Position numbers and translations under genes: made by a program. Below are positions 9,042-18,494 of a stretch of DNA of 64,000 bases, piece by piece (positions within the stretch are counted from its first letter, which is position 1; each line of letters begins with the position of its first letter). Under the pieces are notes generated by a model, which was not told where the DNA came from, searched no databases, and saw nothing but the letters and a program-made list of their open reading frames with translations. This stretch comes from Candidatus Moraniibacteriota bacterium (GTDB lineage: Bacteria > Patescibacteriota > Minisyncoccia > Moranbacterales > UBA2206), in NCBI GenBank assembly GCA_049297495.1, contig JBAQUL010000012.1, positions 43,616-107,615 of the forward strand. The letters are read 5' to 3'.

Positions 9042-10439
9042 TTGGCAATAATAAGCTGTAAATCGTTAATTTTTATGCAAAAAAGTAATCGTAATTTTAT
9101 TCTATTTTGGATTTTCTCCATCCTATTTCTCATAGGCTGGTATTTTTATTGGCAAGTGAAGAATGATAAAGAATTTGGGACGATGAGTGCTGTTATCGAT
9201 TTTTTGCCAATGAATGAACTCAAAAAGGCCAAGTTTAAAACAATGGCCGGTTTTGCTGAGTATCTTTTTGCGAAAGACGGAGAGGAAAAAACGTTTATGT
9301 TGCTTTTCCAAAATAATATGGAACTCCGTCCCGGCGGGGGATACATTGGTTCGTTTGGAATTTTGAAAATGCAAGACGGAAAAGTTATGGATCTTTCCAC
9401 GCATGACCTTTCAAATTTTGATGGACGTGTTCCTGATGGTATCGTTCCTCCGTATCCGATCAAAGAAACTCTGCGCGTTTCGGACTGGAAGTTGCGCGAC
9501 TCGAATTTTTCTCCAGATTTCTTGGAGAATGCTAAAAAGGCCGATGAGTTTTATCGCTTGGGCCAAGGACAAGAAGATTTTGCAGGGATTGTGGCAATCA
9601 ATAGTAATGTTCTCAACTCTTTTCTCAAAGTGACGGGACCGGTGGAAATTCCCGGTTATCCAGGAACTTATGACGGTGAGAGTGCAGTTCTTGATTTGGA
9701 ATATCAAGTCGAACAGGGATCTTACAAGCAAGGCATCGAAAGGGGAGAAAGAAAGAGTATAATGAATCTTTTGGCAAAAGAAATCCAGAAAAAAGTTTTC
9801 ACACTTAGTATGAGTGAGAAAATAAAGCTTGCGGAAGTCATTTTGGATGACTTGAATCGTAAAGACATTCAATTATACTTCAAGGATGATAAATTGGAAA
9901 AACAGGCGCAGCTTGCGCAGTGGGATGGTGGTGTGGACAAAAATTGGTCAGAGGACTATCTGATGCTGGTTGATGCAAACATGGGATCTTTGAAAAGTGA
10001 TTACTATATGCGTCGCTCTTTTAACTATACGGTAGATTTGTCAGGAGATGTGCCGCGGGCTAACTTAAAAGTAACCTATAATCATACTGGGAAGGAGAAG
10101 AATTGGATGACAAAGGACTATCTGACTTATTTGCGCGTCTATGCTCCAAAAGGTAGTTGGCTTACGGATTCGAAGAATCTGGGCGAGAAGCGATTTGGCG
10201 ATGATCTCGGCAAGAAATATTTTGGAACGTTAGTGGGTGTTCCCTTGGGTCAAACGAAAACAATTGAATTTTTCTATGATTTGCCAAGAGCAGCAGTGGA
10301 AAATTATGACCTTTTGATCCAAAGACAATCTGGTTCTGGCGAAGTGAAGGGGGAAGTGACGATTATATATAAGAGTAAAAAGAAGATGGTCTATCAGATT
10401 GATCTCTCGAGCGATTGGAAATTGAGTGATAATCAATAA
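9042..10439 (+). CDS. DUF4012-like membrane-anchored protein (cell-envelope associated), paralog of 42093-43553
   Basis: 465 aa; N-terminal TM; conserved block FMLLFQNNMELRPGGGYIGSFG and LMLVDANMGSLKSDYYM shared with the 42093 ORF; alternative start possible at 9076. Confidence 0.5.
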   Translation: MAIISCKSLIFMQKSNRNFILFWIFSILFLIGWYFYWQVKNDKEFGTMSAVIDFLPMNELKKAKFKTMAGFAEYLFAKDGEEKTFMLLFQNNMELRPGGGYIGSFGILKMQDGKVMDLSTHDLSNFDGRVPDGIVPPYPIKETLRVSDWKLRDSNFSPDFLENAKKADEFYRLGQGQEDFAGIVAINSNVLNSFLKVTGPVEIPGYPGTYDGESAVLDLEYQVEQGSYKQGIERGERKSIMNLLAKEIQKKVFTLSMSEKIKLAEVILDDLNRKDIQLYFKDDKLEKQAQLAQWDGGVDKNWSEDYLMLVDANMGSLKSDYYMRRSFNYTVDLSGDVPRANLKVTYNHTGKEKNWMTKDYLTYLRVYAPKGSWLTDSKNLGEKRFGDDLGKKYFGTLVGVPLGQTKTIEFFYDLPRAAVENYDLLIQRQSGSGEVKGEVTIIYKSKKKMVYQIDLSSDWKLSDNQ

Positions 10440-10448
10440 TTAATTTTA

Positions 10449-10605
10449 GCCTCCTCGCCCTCCGGGAGAGGATGTCACGAGCACGTGACAGGTGAGGGCA
10501 AGGGCTATGAATTAAGAATAATCTAAGCTAATTTAGTTTTTGCTTGACATAGCACCCTTTCCCTCATCCGGCCTTCGGACACCTTCTCTCTGATGGAGAA
10601 GGAGC
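10449..10605. repeat. REP-like imperfect palindromic element, family C copy 1 (blocks cctcctc / gggagaggatgt / gacaggtgaggg / ccctcatccggcc / ccttctc)
   Basis: Shares ordered sequence blocks with 31564-31752; arms caggtgagggcaaggg and ccctttccctcatccgg form an imperfect inverted repeat about 55 nt apart. Confidence 0.55.
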
Positions 10606-10610
10606 TATAT

Positions 10611-10647
10611 AAAAAAATCCCCCGCTTTGGCAGGGGATTTTTTTATG
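10611..10647. terminator. Bidirectional intrinsic terminator (aaaaaaatcccc-cgctttggca-ggggattttttt) between convergent genes
   Basis: Seen in sequence: GC stem flanked by A7 and T7 tracts. Confidence 0.7.
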
Positions 10648-12145
10648 CTCCTCCAATTCCTAGGATTGGAACTGGTTCAGGGAAGACAAAGGAATTAAGG
10701 ATTGTGGCACCATCTTTTTCATCAGTAAAGAAGAGCTTTTCTAGGCCATTATTGTGGATGACAAAAGGTGTCTCTAGGCTGCCACTAATCAGATCCAGGC
10801 AGTTGCGATGATCGCGCGCGTCGAGTTCGATTATCTTTGTGTATTTTCCAACACTAAAAATGATGTGCTCATAGTCTTTGTACCATTGGATATTTCTTAG
10901 GTTTTCGGAGTAGCGTGTTATATTGTTCAGATCATTTTCATAACGAATTGGTTGTACGGTCCAATTACGAGTGTAGTATACAGAGATTTCGTTATTACTA
11001 TAAAAAAGCAATTTTTTCCCATCATTAGAAAAGTGCATTTCTGCTACTTGACTTCCGAGTGCTCGGAAATATTTTTCATTTTCTCCATAGTTATAGATAA
11101 AAAGATTTTGATTTTGATCAAGAAAGGCGATACGAAATTCGTCGTAAACGGTGATTCTTTTTATGGTTGGGTTTGTTGTATCAGGAAAGCTATTGGTAAT
11201 TTGAATTTTTTCCGATTTTCCATCAAGACTGGTCTTGAAAATAAGATTATTAGGCGATTGGACAAAATAAACACCGTTATAGGCCAAGTCGTATGCGCTG
11301 ATGTCGCTCGCGATTTTGGTTATGTCCGTTGCGTCTTTGAAATTTGCCCGAAAAAGCGATGTGCCCTCCAAAAAGAAGAGATAACCTTTTTCTTTTGGAT
11401 CCCACCTTACATAGCGAATATCATTTTTTCCAAAAAAAGTGTTTAGGTTTGTTGTGCTATTGTCACTAAGATCAATGACGAAATAGGCGGTCTGGAATTG
11501 ATTTTCCAGTGAACTTGTTTTTAATTCTACCGCATTATTTTTTTCCACAGGGACGGAAAGATAATTTTCATCCGGCGACCACTCGATATTTTCCTTCTTA
11601 TCCTCCGCAAGAAGTTTCCATCCAGTCAGTGTGTAATTGTTGATAACGAGTTTACTGTCCAGGTCTAATTCTTTTACCAAGAGTGCATTTTCTGTGTTGG
11701 TTGTGAAAGCAATGAAGCGATTCCTGGGTGACGTGAAAAATTTATCAATTCCACGTGTTGATTCATAGAGGGTTTTTTCGTAATTCTTTCTCGTCAGAAC
11801 GACATTCCAAAATTCACTAGAGACGCCACTGTGGACGTCAATTTTTTTATTCCAAGAATAAAAATCTTTTGCGGAGATTTCAATTTCGTAATCCGCAGGA
11901 AGGAGGCCCGAGAGGTTGAATGAGTTGTTGATTCTGTTTGGGGTAGCTGTTTCATTGGCATTGCCATTGAGCGTCGTAGTGATGTTTTGCGGATTAGCCT
12001 TAAAAGAAATCGTTCCGCTATAGACGAAAACACCTCGATGCCAATCGAAGCGGTAACCGCGAGCTTCCAAGACGATAATCGGGGTAATTATGAAGAAAAT
12101 TAAGACGAGTGACCAAAAAAATAGAGTACGTTTGAATCTTTCCAT
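10643..12145 (-). CDS. Membrane-anchored protein with a predicted beta-propeller (TolB/PD40-like) ectodomain, hypothetical
   Basis: 500 aa; N-terminal TM (FFWSLVLIFFIITPIIVL); repetitive beta-strand-rich sequence; similar architecture to 38840-40186. Confidence 0.4.
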   Translation of the reverse strand: MERFKRTLFFWSLVLIFFIITPIIVLEARGYRFDWHRGVFVYSGTISFKANPQNITTTLNGNANETATPNRINNSFNLSGLLPADYEIEISAKDFYSWNKKIDVHSGVSSEFWNVVLTRKNYEKTLYESTRGIDKFFTSPRNRFIAFTTNTENALLVKELDLDSKLVINNYTLTGWKLLAEDKKENIEWSPDENYLSVPVEKNNAVELKTSSLENQFQTAYFVIDLSDNSTTNLNTFFGKNDIRYVRWDPKEKGYLFFLEGTSLFRANFKDATDITKIASDISAYDLAYNGVYFVQSPNNLIFKTSLDGKSEKIQITNSFPDTTNPTIKRITVYDEFRIAFLDQNQNLFIYNYGENEKYFRALGSQVAEMHFSNDGKKLLFYSNNEISVYYTRNWTVQPIRYENDLNNITRYSENLRNIQWYKDYEHIIFSVGKYTKIIELDARDHRNCLDLISGSLETPFVIHNNGLEKLFFTDEKDGATILNSFVFPEPVPILGIGGA

Positions 12146-12269
12146 GGATAAATACTAGCTGGATTTGCGGTTTTTGTCTAGCCTGGTATTTAGGGTGCGC
12201 CCTAACTTGAAAAAGGGGCTTTATCGGGTTAATTTCAGCTAGAGGAAGGAGTGGGAGACGCTCTGACGA

Positions 12270-12296
12270 TTGACTAAGTAATAATTGTGCTATAAT
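12270..12296 (+). promoter_or_regulatory. Possible sigma70-like promoter TTGACT-15-TATAAT upstream of 12334
   Basis: Seen in sequence; the spacer is short (15 nt), so this is weak. Confidence 0.3.
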
Positions 12297-12333
12297 AAAT
12301 CATAAGGATAGGCGAATTAACTGAAGTTTTTAT

Positions 12334-13074
12334 ATGAGTCGGAATAGCAGTATATTATTAGTAGGAGCGTTTTGTTTAGTTGCCCTGATTTTTGGCAATG
12401 TTTTTTGGCAGATGTTTGCCCATGGCAATAATGAGGCTTTTGAAAAAATCAAAAAAGAAACAGATGCTAATTTGGCAAAAAAACAAATCGCTGCTGCTAC
12501 TTCGCCAGCTTCAGGTGCGCCGTCTGCTTTGGGCGCTTCAACGAATACTGTGCCAGAAAATAATTCAAGCGAATCAGGAGCTGCTCAGAGTTTGCCGCAA
12601 AAAGACGCCGATCCTCAAGCGGCGGAGTCGGAAGAAACTCCAGACAGTACAACGGAAAAGCCGAAAGATGATACGGAGGACTGGAAAACCTATACAGATG
12701 AAAAAAATAAATTTGAATTTAAATATCCAAGCGATGCTCAAATAGTTCATGGTGGAGATTTGGTCCGTGTTTCTCAAAATGATAAAACCTGGAAGCTTAG
12801 GGCATATTCTGATAAGGATAAGCTGGACCTGCAATCTTGGTATAATAAGGAGTTTTCAGAAAAGGAACGAAAAAATTGCACACTCACAGAGTCGACCTTA
12901 AAGGTGGGAAGTTATGAGACAAAATATGTTAATCCTAACTCCGGACAAACGGAATGTGAGAAACCGGGTTATTATTCAATCAGTAGCACTAAAGAGCGGG
13001 TAGTTAGAGTGGAGCTTGGCGATGAGACGATGGATAATGTGAATAAAATTTTGAAAACTTTCATATTTCAGTAG
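12334..13074 (+). CDS. Membrane-anchored hypothetical protein with a low-complexity Ala/Ser/Glu-rich linker and a C-terminal globular domain
   Basis: 246 aa; N-terminal TM ILLVGAFCLVALIFGNVFW; no recognisable catalytic motif. Confidence 0.4.
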   Translation: MSRNSSILLVGAFCLVALIFGNVFWQMFAHGNNEAFEKIKKETDANLAKKQIAAATSPASGAPSALGASTNTVPENNSSESGAAQSLPQKDADPQAAESEETPDSTTEKPKDDTEDWKTYTDEKNKFEFKYPSDAQIVHGGDLVRVSQNDKTWKLRAYSDKDKLDLQSWYNKEFSEKERKNCTLTESTLKVGSYETKYVNPNSGQTECEKPGYYSISSTKERVVRVELGDETMDNVNKILKTFIFQ

Positions 13075-13110
13075 GGCATAAATTGTGACGCATCCAGGAC
13101 ACATATTTTT

Positions 13111-13139
13111 TTGACAGAATAATTGATAAATAGTATAGT
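13111..13139 (+). promoter_or_regulatory. Sigma70-like promoter TTGACA-17-TATAGT, followed by an approximately 120 nt structured leader before khpA
   Basis: Seen in sequence: ttgacagaataattgataaatagtatagt; leader has complementary segments gtaagag / ctcttac and ggaag / cttcc. Confidence 0.5.
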
Positions 13140-13265
13140 ATAGGAAGTAAGAGAATTTCGTTAAGGCTAGCTTAATAGCTTAGCGAATGACAGCGATGGT
13201 GGGCCGGTCGATCTTCCGAAGCCCTCTTACTCGAAGTTAATAATCTTTAATCTAGAATTGCGTTT

Positions 13266-13607
13266 ATGACTACAATCCAAGTTACTGACAAAGAGTTTGT
13301 TGAATATGTTGTGAAACAAATTGTTAACAAACCAGATGATGTTAAGGTGGAAAGAAAGATTGATGAAATGGGTGTGCTAATTACGCTTGATGTCAATCCT
13401 GAAGATATGGGAATGATCATTGGTCGTGAGGGTGCTACAGCGAAAGCTTTGCGAACACTTTTGCGTGTAATTGGTGCAAGGAATAATGCCCGAGTTAATC
13501 TCAAGATTAACGAACCAGAGGGATCTGAGCGAAAACCAAGAGAAGATCGAGAACCCAGAGAAGAAGTACGAAAAAGTATTGACGATGTCGTAGGTGATAT
13601 TGTCTAA
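13266..13607 (+). CDS. khpA: KH-domain RNA-binding protein (YlqC/KhpA family)
   Basis: 113 aa; VLITLDVNPEDMGMIIGREGATAKALRTLL KH/GxxG motif; sits immediately upstream of trmD as in the canonical rpsP-khpA-rimM-trmD neighbourhood. Confidence 0.65.
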   Translation: MTTIQVTDKEFVEYVVKQIVNKPDDVKVERKIDEMGVLITLDVNPEDMGMIIGREGATAKALRTLLRVIGARNNARVNLKINEPEGSERKPREDREPREEVRKSIDDVVGDIV

Positions 13608-13687
13608 TACTACCCAAATTTAGAAATATGCAAAAAGGCTGGCAGATGCTAGCCTTTTTTGATTTGTTTTGCTATTATGAGTGTAAT

Positions 13688-14389
13688 ATGCAATTCCACA
13701 TTGTTACAATTTTTCCGCGTATTTTAGACTCTTATCTCAAAGAGTCGATTATTGGGCGCGCCCGAAAAAACGGAGCAATTGAAGTTTTTGCTCATAATCT
13801 ACGGGATTATACGACAGACAAGCACGGGAAAGTCGATGATACGCCCTATGGCGGTGGAGCGGGGATGGTGCTTCAGGTTCAGCCGATATATGCTTGTGTG
13901 GAAGCGATAAAATCCAAATTTCCAATTTCTAACCTTGCCTACCGGCAGGCAGGTTTCCAATCAAATCCAAAATCCAAAATCCAAAATCCAAAAGTTAGAA
14001 CGATTTTATTTTCCGCCAAAGGCAAAAAATATACGGAGCGGTCGGCGGAAAGACTGGCGAAATATGACAAGCTGATTTTAATCTGTGGACGGTATGAGGG
14101 TGTGGACGAGCGTGTAGCACGGAACATTGCTGATGAAGAAATCTCTATTGGAGATTATGTTCTTACGGGAGGTGAACTTCCGGCGATGGTGCTCATTGAT
14201 TCAGTGACGCGGCTCTTGCCTGGAGTTTTAGGCAATGATGCCAGTTCCAAATACGAGTCGCACAGTCGAAAAAATTATAAAGAGCATCCTCAATATAGCA
14301 AACCAGCCAGTTTCAATGATTGGGAAGTCCCGGCAGTCCTTCTGGGCGGAAATCATGGTGAGATAGAAAAATGGCGAGAAAAAAATTAA
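13688..14389 (+). CDS. trmD: tRNA (guanine37-N1)-methyltransferase TrmD (ORF opens at 13628; conserved N-terminus starts at 13688)
   Basis: MQFHIVTIFP..., GGGAGMV, RYEGVDERV, LTGGELPA motifs of SPOUT TrmD; contains an extra loop encoded by a 4x heptanucleotide repeat. Confidence 0.85.
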   Translation: MQFHIVTIFPRILDSYLKESIIGRARKNGAIEVFAHNLRDYTTDKHGKVDDTPYGGGAGMVLQVQPIYACVEAIKSKFPISNLAYRQAGFQSNPKSKIQNPKVRTILFSAKGKKYTERSAERLAKYDKLILICGRYEGVDERVARNIADEEISIGDYVLTGGELPAMVLIDSVTRLLPGVLGNDASSKYESHSRKNYKEHPQYSKPASFNDWEVPAVLLGGNHGEIEKWREKN

Positions 14390-14410
14390 GCTTATTTAAT
14401 TTCGAAAAAA

Positions 14411-15523
14411 ATGGCCAAACGCGAACGACATGGAGTGAATAAAAATTTACTTTTCGTAGTGCTTCTTCTCATTACTTTTGGCCTGGCGATGATCGCTTCA
14501 GCCGGAATCGCTTATTCTCGTAGTCGTTTTGGCGATTCCTATTATTTTTTTAAGCATCAACTCCTCTACGGTGTTTTACCGGGATTTTTTGTTTTATATG
14601 TTGCGCAAAAAATTGATTATAACTTTTGGAAAAAAATCGCTTTCCCTCTTTTTATCTTAAGTATTTTCTTTCTTGTTTTAGTCTTTGTGCCAGGAGTTGG
14701 CTCGAAGATATATGGCGCCAGTCGCTGGCTCCAATTGGGTCCATTTTCTTTCCAACCTTCGGAAATGTTAAAATTATCGATTATTATCTACCTCTCGGCT
14801 TGGCTCGAGAGTCGCGCTGAAAAAGTGAAAGATTTCTATGAAGGCTTGATTCCCTTTCTTGCCGTGGTGGGAGTTGTCAGTTTTCTTTTGGAAAAACAGC
14901 CGGACATGGGAACGCTAGGCGTGATCATTTTTATTGCCATGTCAATATTTTTCATTTCAGGCGCCCGACTTTCACATATGTTTATGATTGCTGCTTCTGG
15001 ATTTGCCGCGCTGGCCATTCTCATTAAATTTGAATCCTATCGTATGGATCGTTTTTTGGTTTTTCTTCACCCCGAGCTTGATCCGCGTGGGATTGGCTAT
15101 CAAATCAATCAAGCGCTTCTTGCAATCGGTTCCGGGGGAATTTTTGGAGTAGGCTTGGGCCATAGTTTGCAAAAATTCAACTACTTACCGGAACCGGTGG
15201 GCGATTCAATTTTTGCTATTATCGGAGAGGAGCTGGGCATGATTGGTGTTGTTACTTTGATTTTGTTGTTTTTGTCTCTTGCGATGATTGGTTTTCGGAT
15301 TGCCAAGAATGCCCCTGATCGCTTTTCCCAACTCACGGCGATTGGCATTACATGCTGGATCACTTTTCAAGCGTTCATTAATATTTCAGCCATCTCCGGA
15401 CTCATTCCACTCACCGGAATTCCTTTGCCATTCATTAGTTATGGTGGAACATCATTGGTTTTTTTGATGGCAGGAATCGGGGTGCTTTTGAATATTTCCA
15501 AGCAGACAAGTTTGAATAATTGA
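14411..15523 (+). CDS. ftsW: SEDS-family peptidoglycan glycosyltransferase (FtsW/RodA)
   Basis: 370 aa, 10 TM; GGIFGVGLGHSLQKFNYLPEPVGDSIFAIIGEELG SEDS signature; position upstream of murG in the dcw-type order favours FtsW. Confidence 0.8.
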   Translation: MAKRERHGVNKNLLFVVLLLITFGLAMIASAGIAYSRSRFGDSYYFFKHQLLYGVLPGFFVLYVAQKIDYNFWKKIAFPLFILSIFFLVLVFVPGVGSKIYGASRWLQLGPFSFQPSEMLKLSIIIYLSAWLESRAEKVKDFYEGLIPFLAVVGVVSFLLEKQPDMGTLGVIIFIAMSIFFISGARLSHMFMIAASGFAALAILIKFESYRMDRFLVFLHPELDPRGIGYQINQALLAIGSGGIFGVGLGHSLQKFNYLPEPVGDSIFAIIGEELGMIGVVTLILLFLSLAMIGFRIAKNAPDRFSQLTAIGITCWITFQAFINISAISGLIPLTGIPLPFISYGGTSLVFLMAGIGVLLNISKQTSLNN

Positions 15524-15532
15524 TTTTTTAAT

Positions 15533-17569
15533 ATGAAAAGGTTGATTAAAAACTTTAAAGAAGTCTCCAAATCCGACGCCCAAATCGCTGGCGGTAAAGG
15601 CGCATCGCTTGGTGAGATGACGCAAGCAGGAGTTCCAGTTCCTCCAGGTTTTGTTGTGCTCTCCGAAGCGTTTGAGCAGTTTCTCTCCGAAACGGATTTG
15701 AATGTGGAAATTGAGGCAATTCTCAAAACTGTGGATAATCAGAAAATGCATACGGTGGAAAATGCATCAGAAGAAATTCAAGCGCTAATTCTCCAAGCTA
15801 AGATGCCGGAGGATATTGCAAAAGAGATTCAGGAAAACTTCAAAAAACTTGATGCCAAGTTTGTGGCCGTGAGATCAAGTGCCACCGCCGAAGATGGCGC
15901 CGAAGCGGCTTGGGCGGGGCAGCTAGACAGTTATCTCAATACGAACCAAGAAGCACTTCTTAGAAACGTCCAAAAATGCTGGGCATCACTTTTTACGCCA
16001 AGAGCTATTTTTTATCGTTTTGAAAAAAAACTGCACAAGCAAAAAATTTCCGTGGCAGTCGTCATTCAAAAAATGATTCAAAGTGAAATTTCTGGCATTG
16101 CCTTTTCGGTGCATCCGGTGACAGAAGACTATAATCAAATGATTATCGAAGCCGGCTTTGGTTTGGGCGAAGCGATTGTGTCTGGGTCGATTACTCCCGA
16201 TGCCTATGTGGTGAGTAAAAGTTCGAGAAAAATAGAGGACATCAATATTTCCCAGCAGTCCAAGGGGCTTTTCAGAAAAGAATCTGGTGGTAATGTTTGG
16301 CAAGATATTCCTGAAAAAGAAGGCAAAAAACAAAAGCTGACAAAAAAGCAAATCCTGGAATTATCAGATTTGATCATGAAAATCGAAGACCACTATCAAT
16401 TTCCGGTGGACATCGAGTGGGCATATGAAAACAAGAAATTCTATATTGTGCAATCGAGGCCGATTACAACACTTTTTAAAAAGGAAGACGTGATTGATGG
16501 AAAGCTGATCAAATATATGCAGCGGGACTATAAGCTTCGGGATTTATCTATAACTTTCTGGTCGCTGCTTAATCCTAATTTTTTGAAAGAGATATATTAC
16601 AAAGAAGCGCTGTATGTAATGAATAGAGGATTAGTTACTTCATACATACGCTCAGAAGATGCCGAAAGAATTAATAATGACTTATCTGAGGCCATAAAAA
16701 GGGATTCTGGATATATATCCAATGCACTAAAGGAGGGTGTGCGTACGCTAGCTTTAGTGAAAAGAACTGCTGGGAAAAATATTTGCGAGGGCATTATAAA
16801 AAAGGATGCTTTGAAACTATTCGAAGAGGCGGAAAATAGTTGGAATCAATTTGGGATTTTTTTTGAATTTACTCATGCGCTGGGAAGGATTGACGCGAAG
16901 CTATCAAAAGCTCAAATAGACAGATTGAGTAAGTTTCATAATGATAGAAAAAGCGTGTTTTTAGATTTTTTTAAATTTCTAGAAAATCTTTGCTTGAGTG
17001 TTTCAAGTAACGATCCGAAGATTAAACAAAAAAACCTCGCCTATCTGACTATTCCCGAGATAAAAAAGTATTTAACGGGTAAATTAGATTGCCAAGAAAT
17101 AAATAGATTGCAATCTAGCCGACAAAAGGGTTATCTATATCATGCATATTCAGCAAAAAAAGAAGGTGAAATAATTTCGGATTTAAAGGGAATACGGGCG
17201 AAAGAACTGCTCTCGAGAATAGATTCTGAGGAAAATAGTGAGTTAGCTGGCGTGAGTGTGTCTAGCGGTAAGGTGACTGGAGAGGTTAAAATTATATCGC
17301 TAAACACGAAGCTAAAAAATGAAGATGTTTCCAGGAAAATAATCGTCACGACAATGACTACACCAAGCATGGATATTTTTTTGAAAAAAGTTAGAGGGAT
17401 AGTGACGGAAGAGGGTGGCGCATTATGTCACGCAGCGATTTTTGCGAGAGAGGCAAAAATCCCAACGATTACTCTGGTTAAAAATATTACCAATATCTTA
17501 AAAGACGGCGATTTAGTGGAAGTTGACGCCAATGAGGGGGTGGTCAGGGTTTTGAAAAGAAAAAGTTGA
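15533..17569 (+). CDS. PEP-synthase/rifampin-phosphotransferase-like enzyme: N-terminal PPDK_N ATP-grasp domain, about 250 aa middle domain of unknown function, C-terminal PEP-utilising phosphohistidine swivel domain; no PEP/pyruvate TIM-barrel domain
   Basis: N-terminus aligns by eye with PpsA N-terminal domain (GGKGASLGEM, VAVRSSATAEDG, FPVDIEWAYENKKFYIVQSRP); C-terminus has GxVxGxVKII...TTMTTP...TEEGGALCHAAIFAREAKIP mobile-domain signature with catalytic His. Confidence 0.75.
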   Translation: MKRLIKNFKEVSKSDAQIAGGKGASLGEMTQAGVPVPPGFVVLSEAFEQFLSETDLNVEIEAILKTVDNQKMHTVENASEEIQALILQAKMPEDIAKEIQENFKKLDAKFVAVRSSATAEDGAEAAWAGQLDSYLNTNQEALLRNVQKCWASLFTPRAIFYRFEKKLHKQKISVAVVIQKMIQSEISGIAFSVHPVTEDYNQMIIEAGFGLGEAIVSGSITPDAYVVSKSSRKIEDINISQQSKGLFRKESGGNVWQDIPEKEGKKQKLTKKQILELSDLIMKIEDHYQFPVDIEWAYENKKFYIVQSRPITTLFKKEDVIDGKLIKYMQRDYKLRDLSITFWSLLNPNFLKEIYYKEALYVMNRGLVTSYIRSEDAERINNDLSEAIKRDSGYISNALKEGVRTLALVKRTAGKNICEGIIKKDALKLFEEAENSWNQFGIFFEFTHALGRIDAKLSKAQIDRLSKFHNDRKSVFLDFFKFLENLCLSVSSNDPKIKQKNLAYLTIPEIKKYLTGKLDCQEINRLQSSRQKGYLYHAYSAKKEGEIISDLKGIRAKELLSRIDSEENSELAGVSVSSGKVTGEVKIISLNTKLKNEDVSRKIIVTTMTTPSMDIFLKKVRGIVTEEGGALCHAAIFAREAKIPTITLVKNITNILKDGDLVEVDANEGVVRVLKRKS

Positions 17570-17672
17570 AAAATAGTCGGGCTTGATGATAAAAATTAAC
17601 CCTGCTAAAATTTTTATGAAAAATTTTGAAATAAACATTAGTCCAGAAAAAGAGAGGAAAAAATTCAGTCAT

Positions 17673-18452
17673 ATGAAAGTTTTTCGAGTGAGGCATGGGG
17701 ATACGCAATATCATGAGCATACGCAAGGTAAAAAAATGGAACGGGAAGATCTTGATGTAACTCCTAAGGGAGAAATGCAAATGGACTCAGTCGCTAGAAT
17801 TATTGGACGAAGACTTAATAAAGAAAATGATGTCATATGCGTGATTGCTAGTCCAAGAGTGAGGACTCAGAATGGAAAGAAAATTTTTGAGGAATATTTC
17901 AAGAAAAAAGGTTTTAGCGTATTAAATAATAAGAGAATCGATCTACCTCAAGAAAGAATAAAAAGTGTTGATATTTACGATGATGCAGGAAATGTTGTCC
18001 CAGTGGGTGATGAAAAACATCCAGCGCTTTTCGAAAGAATTGTTTCAGATCTGGAAAAACGCACTCCGGAAGGAATGAGTAGAGATGCATATATGTTCGA
18101 AAGTGGTCATGAAAATTTGGAATCTTTCGAGGAAAGTAAAAAACGATCCAGGAGGCAACTGGCTGGATTCATGCGGATAGCCAAAAATATCCAACTTAAA
18201 TTTGATAAGCACATCGTCATTATTCAGATCGAGCATTGCGAAACACTGGATGATTTCTATGAGCAAGCAAGCGGTGGCGAATATTCTATGATTAGTGATT
18301 CAGGGCCAAAAAAGGGAGAAGTGGTGGAACTTGATATTCCGGTCGAGGGCAATGAAATAGAAGTGGAATTTATTGGAAGAGAAAGGGGCAAGAAAAGAAA
18401 AGTAAGATTTGATTATTTATCGAAAAACTTTCTGCAAGAAGAAAAAAAATAG
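17673..18452 (+). CDS. Histidine-phosphatase superfamily (PGAM-like branch) protein (ORF opens at 17583; conserved RHG start at 17673)
   Basis: MKVFRVRHGDTQY (RHG motif), VIASPRVRTQNG (SPxxRAxQTA-like), later H in IIQIEHCETL. Confidence 0.5.
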   Translation: MKVFRVRHGDTQYHEHTQGKKMEREDLDVTPKGEMQMDSVARIIGRRLNKENDVICVIASPRVRTQNGKKIFEEYFKKKGFSVLNNKRIDLPQERIKSVDIYDDAGNVVPVGDEKHPALFERIVSDLEKRTPEGMSRDAYMFESGHENLESFEESKKRSRRQLAGFMRIAKNIQLKFDKHIVIIQIEHCETLDDFYEQASGGEYSMISDSGPKKGEVVELDIPVEGNEIEVEFIGRERGKKRKVRFDYLSKNFLQEEKK

Positions 18453-18494
18453 AAAAAGACTATTTCAAGAGATAAATTTTAAAGTTAGATATCT

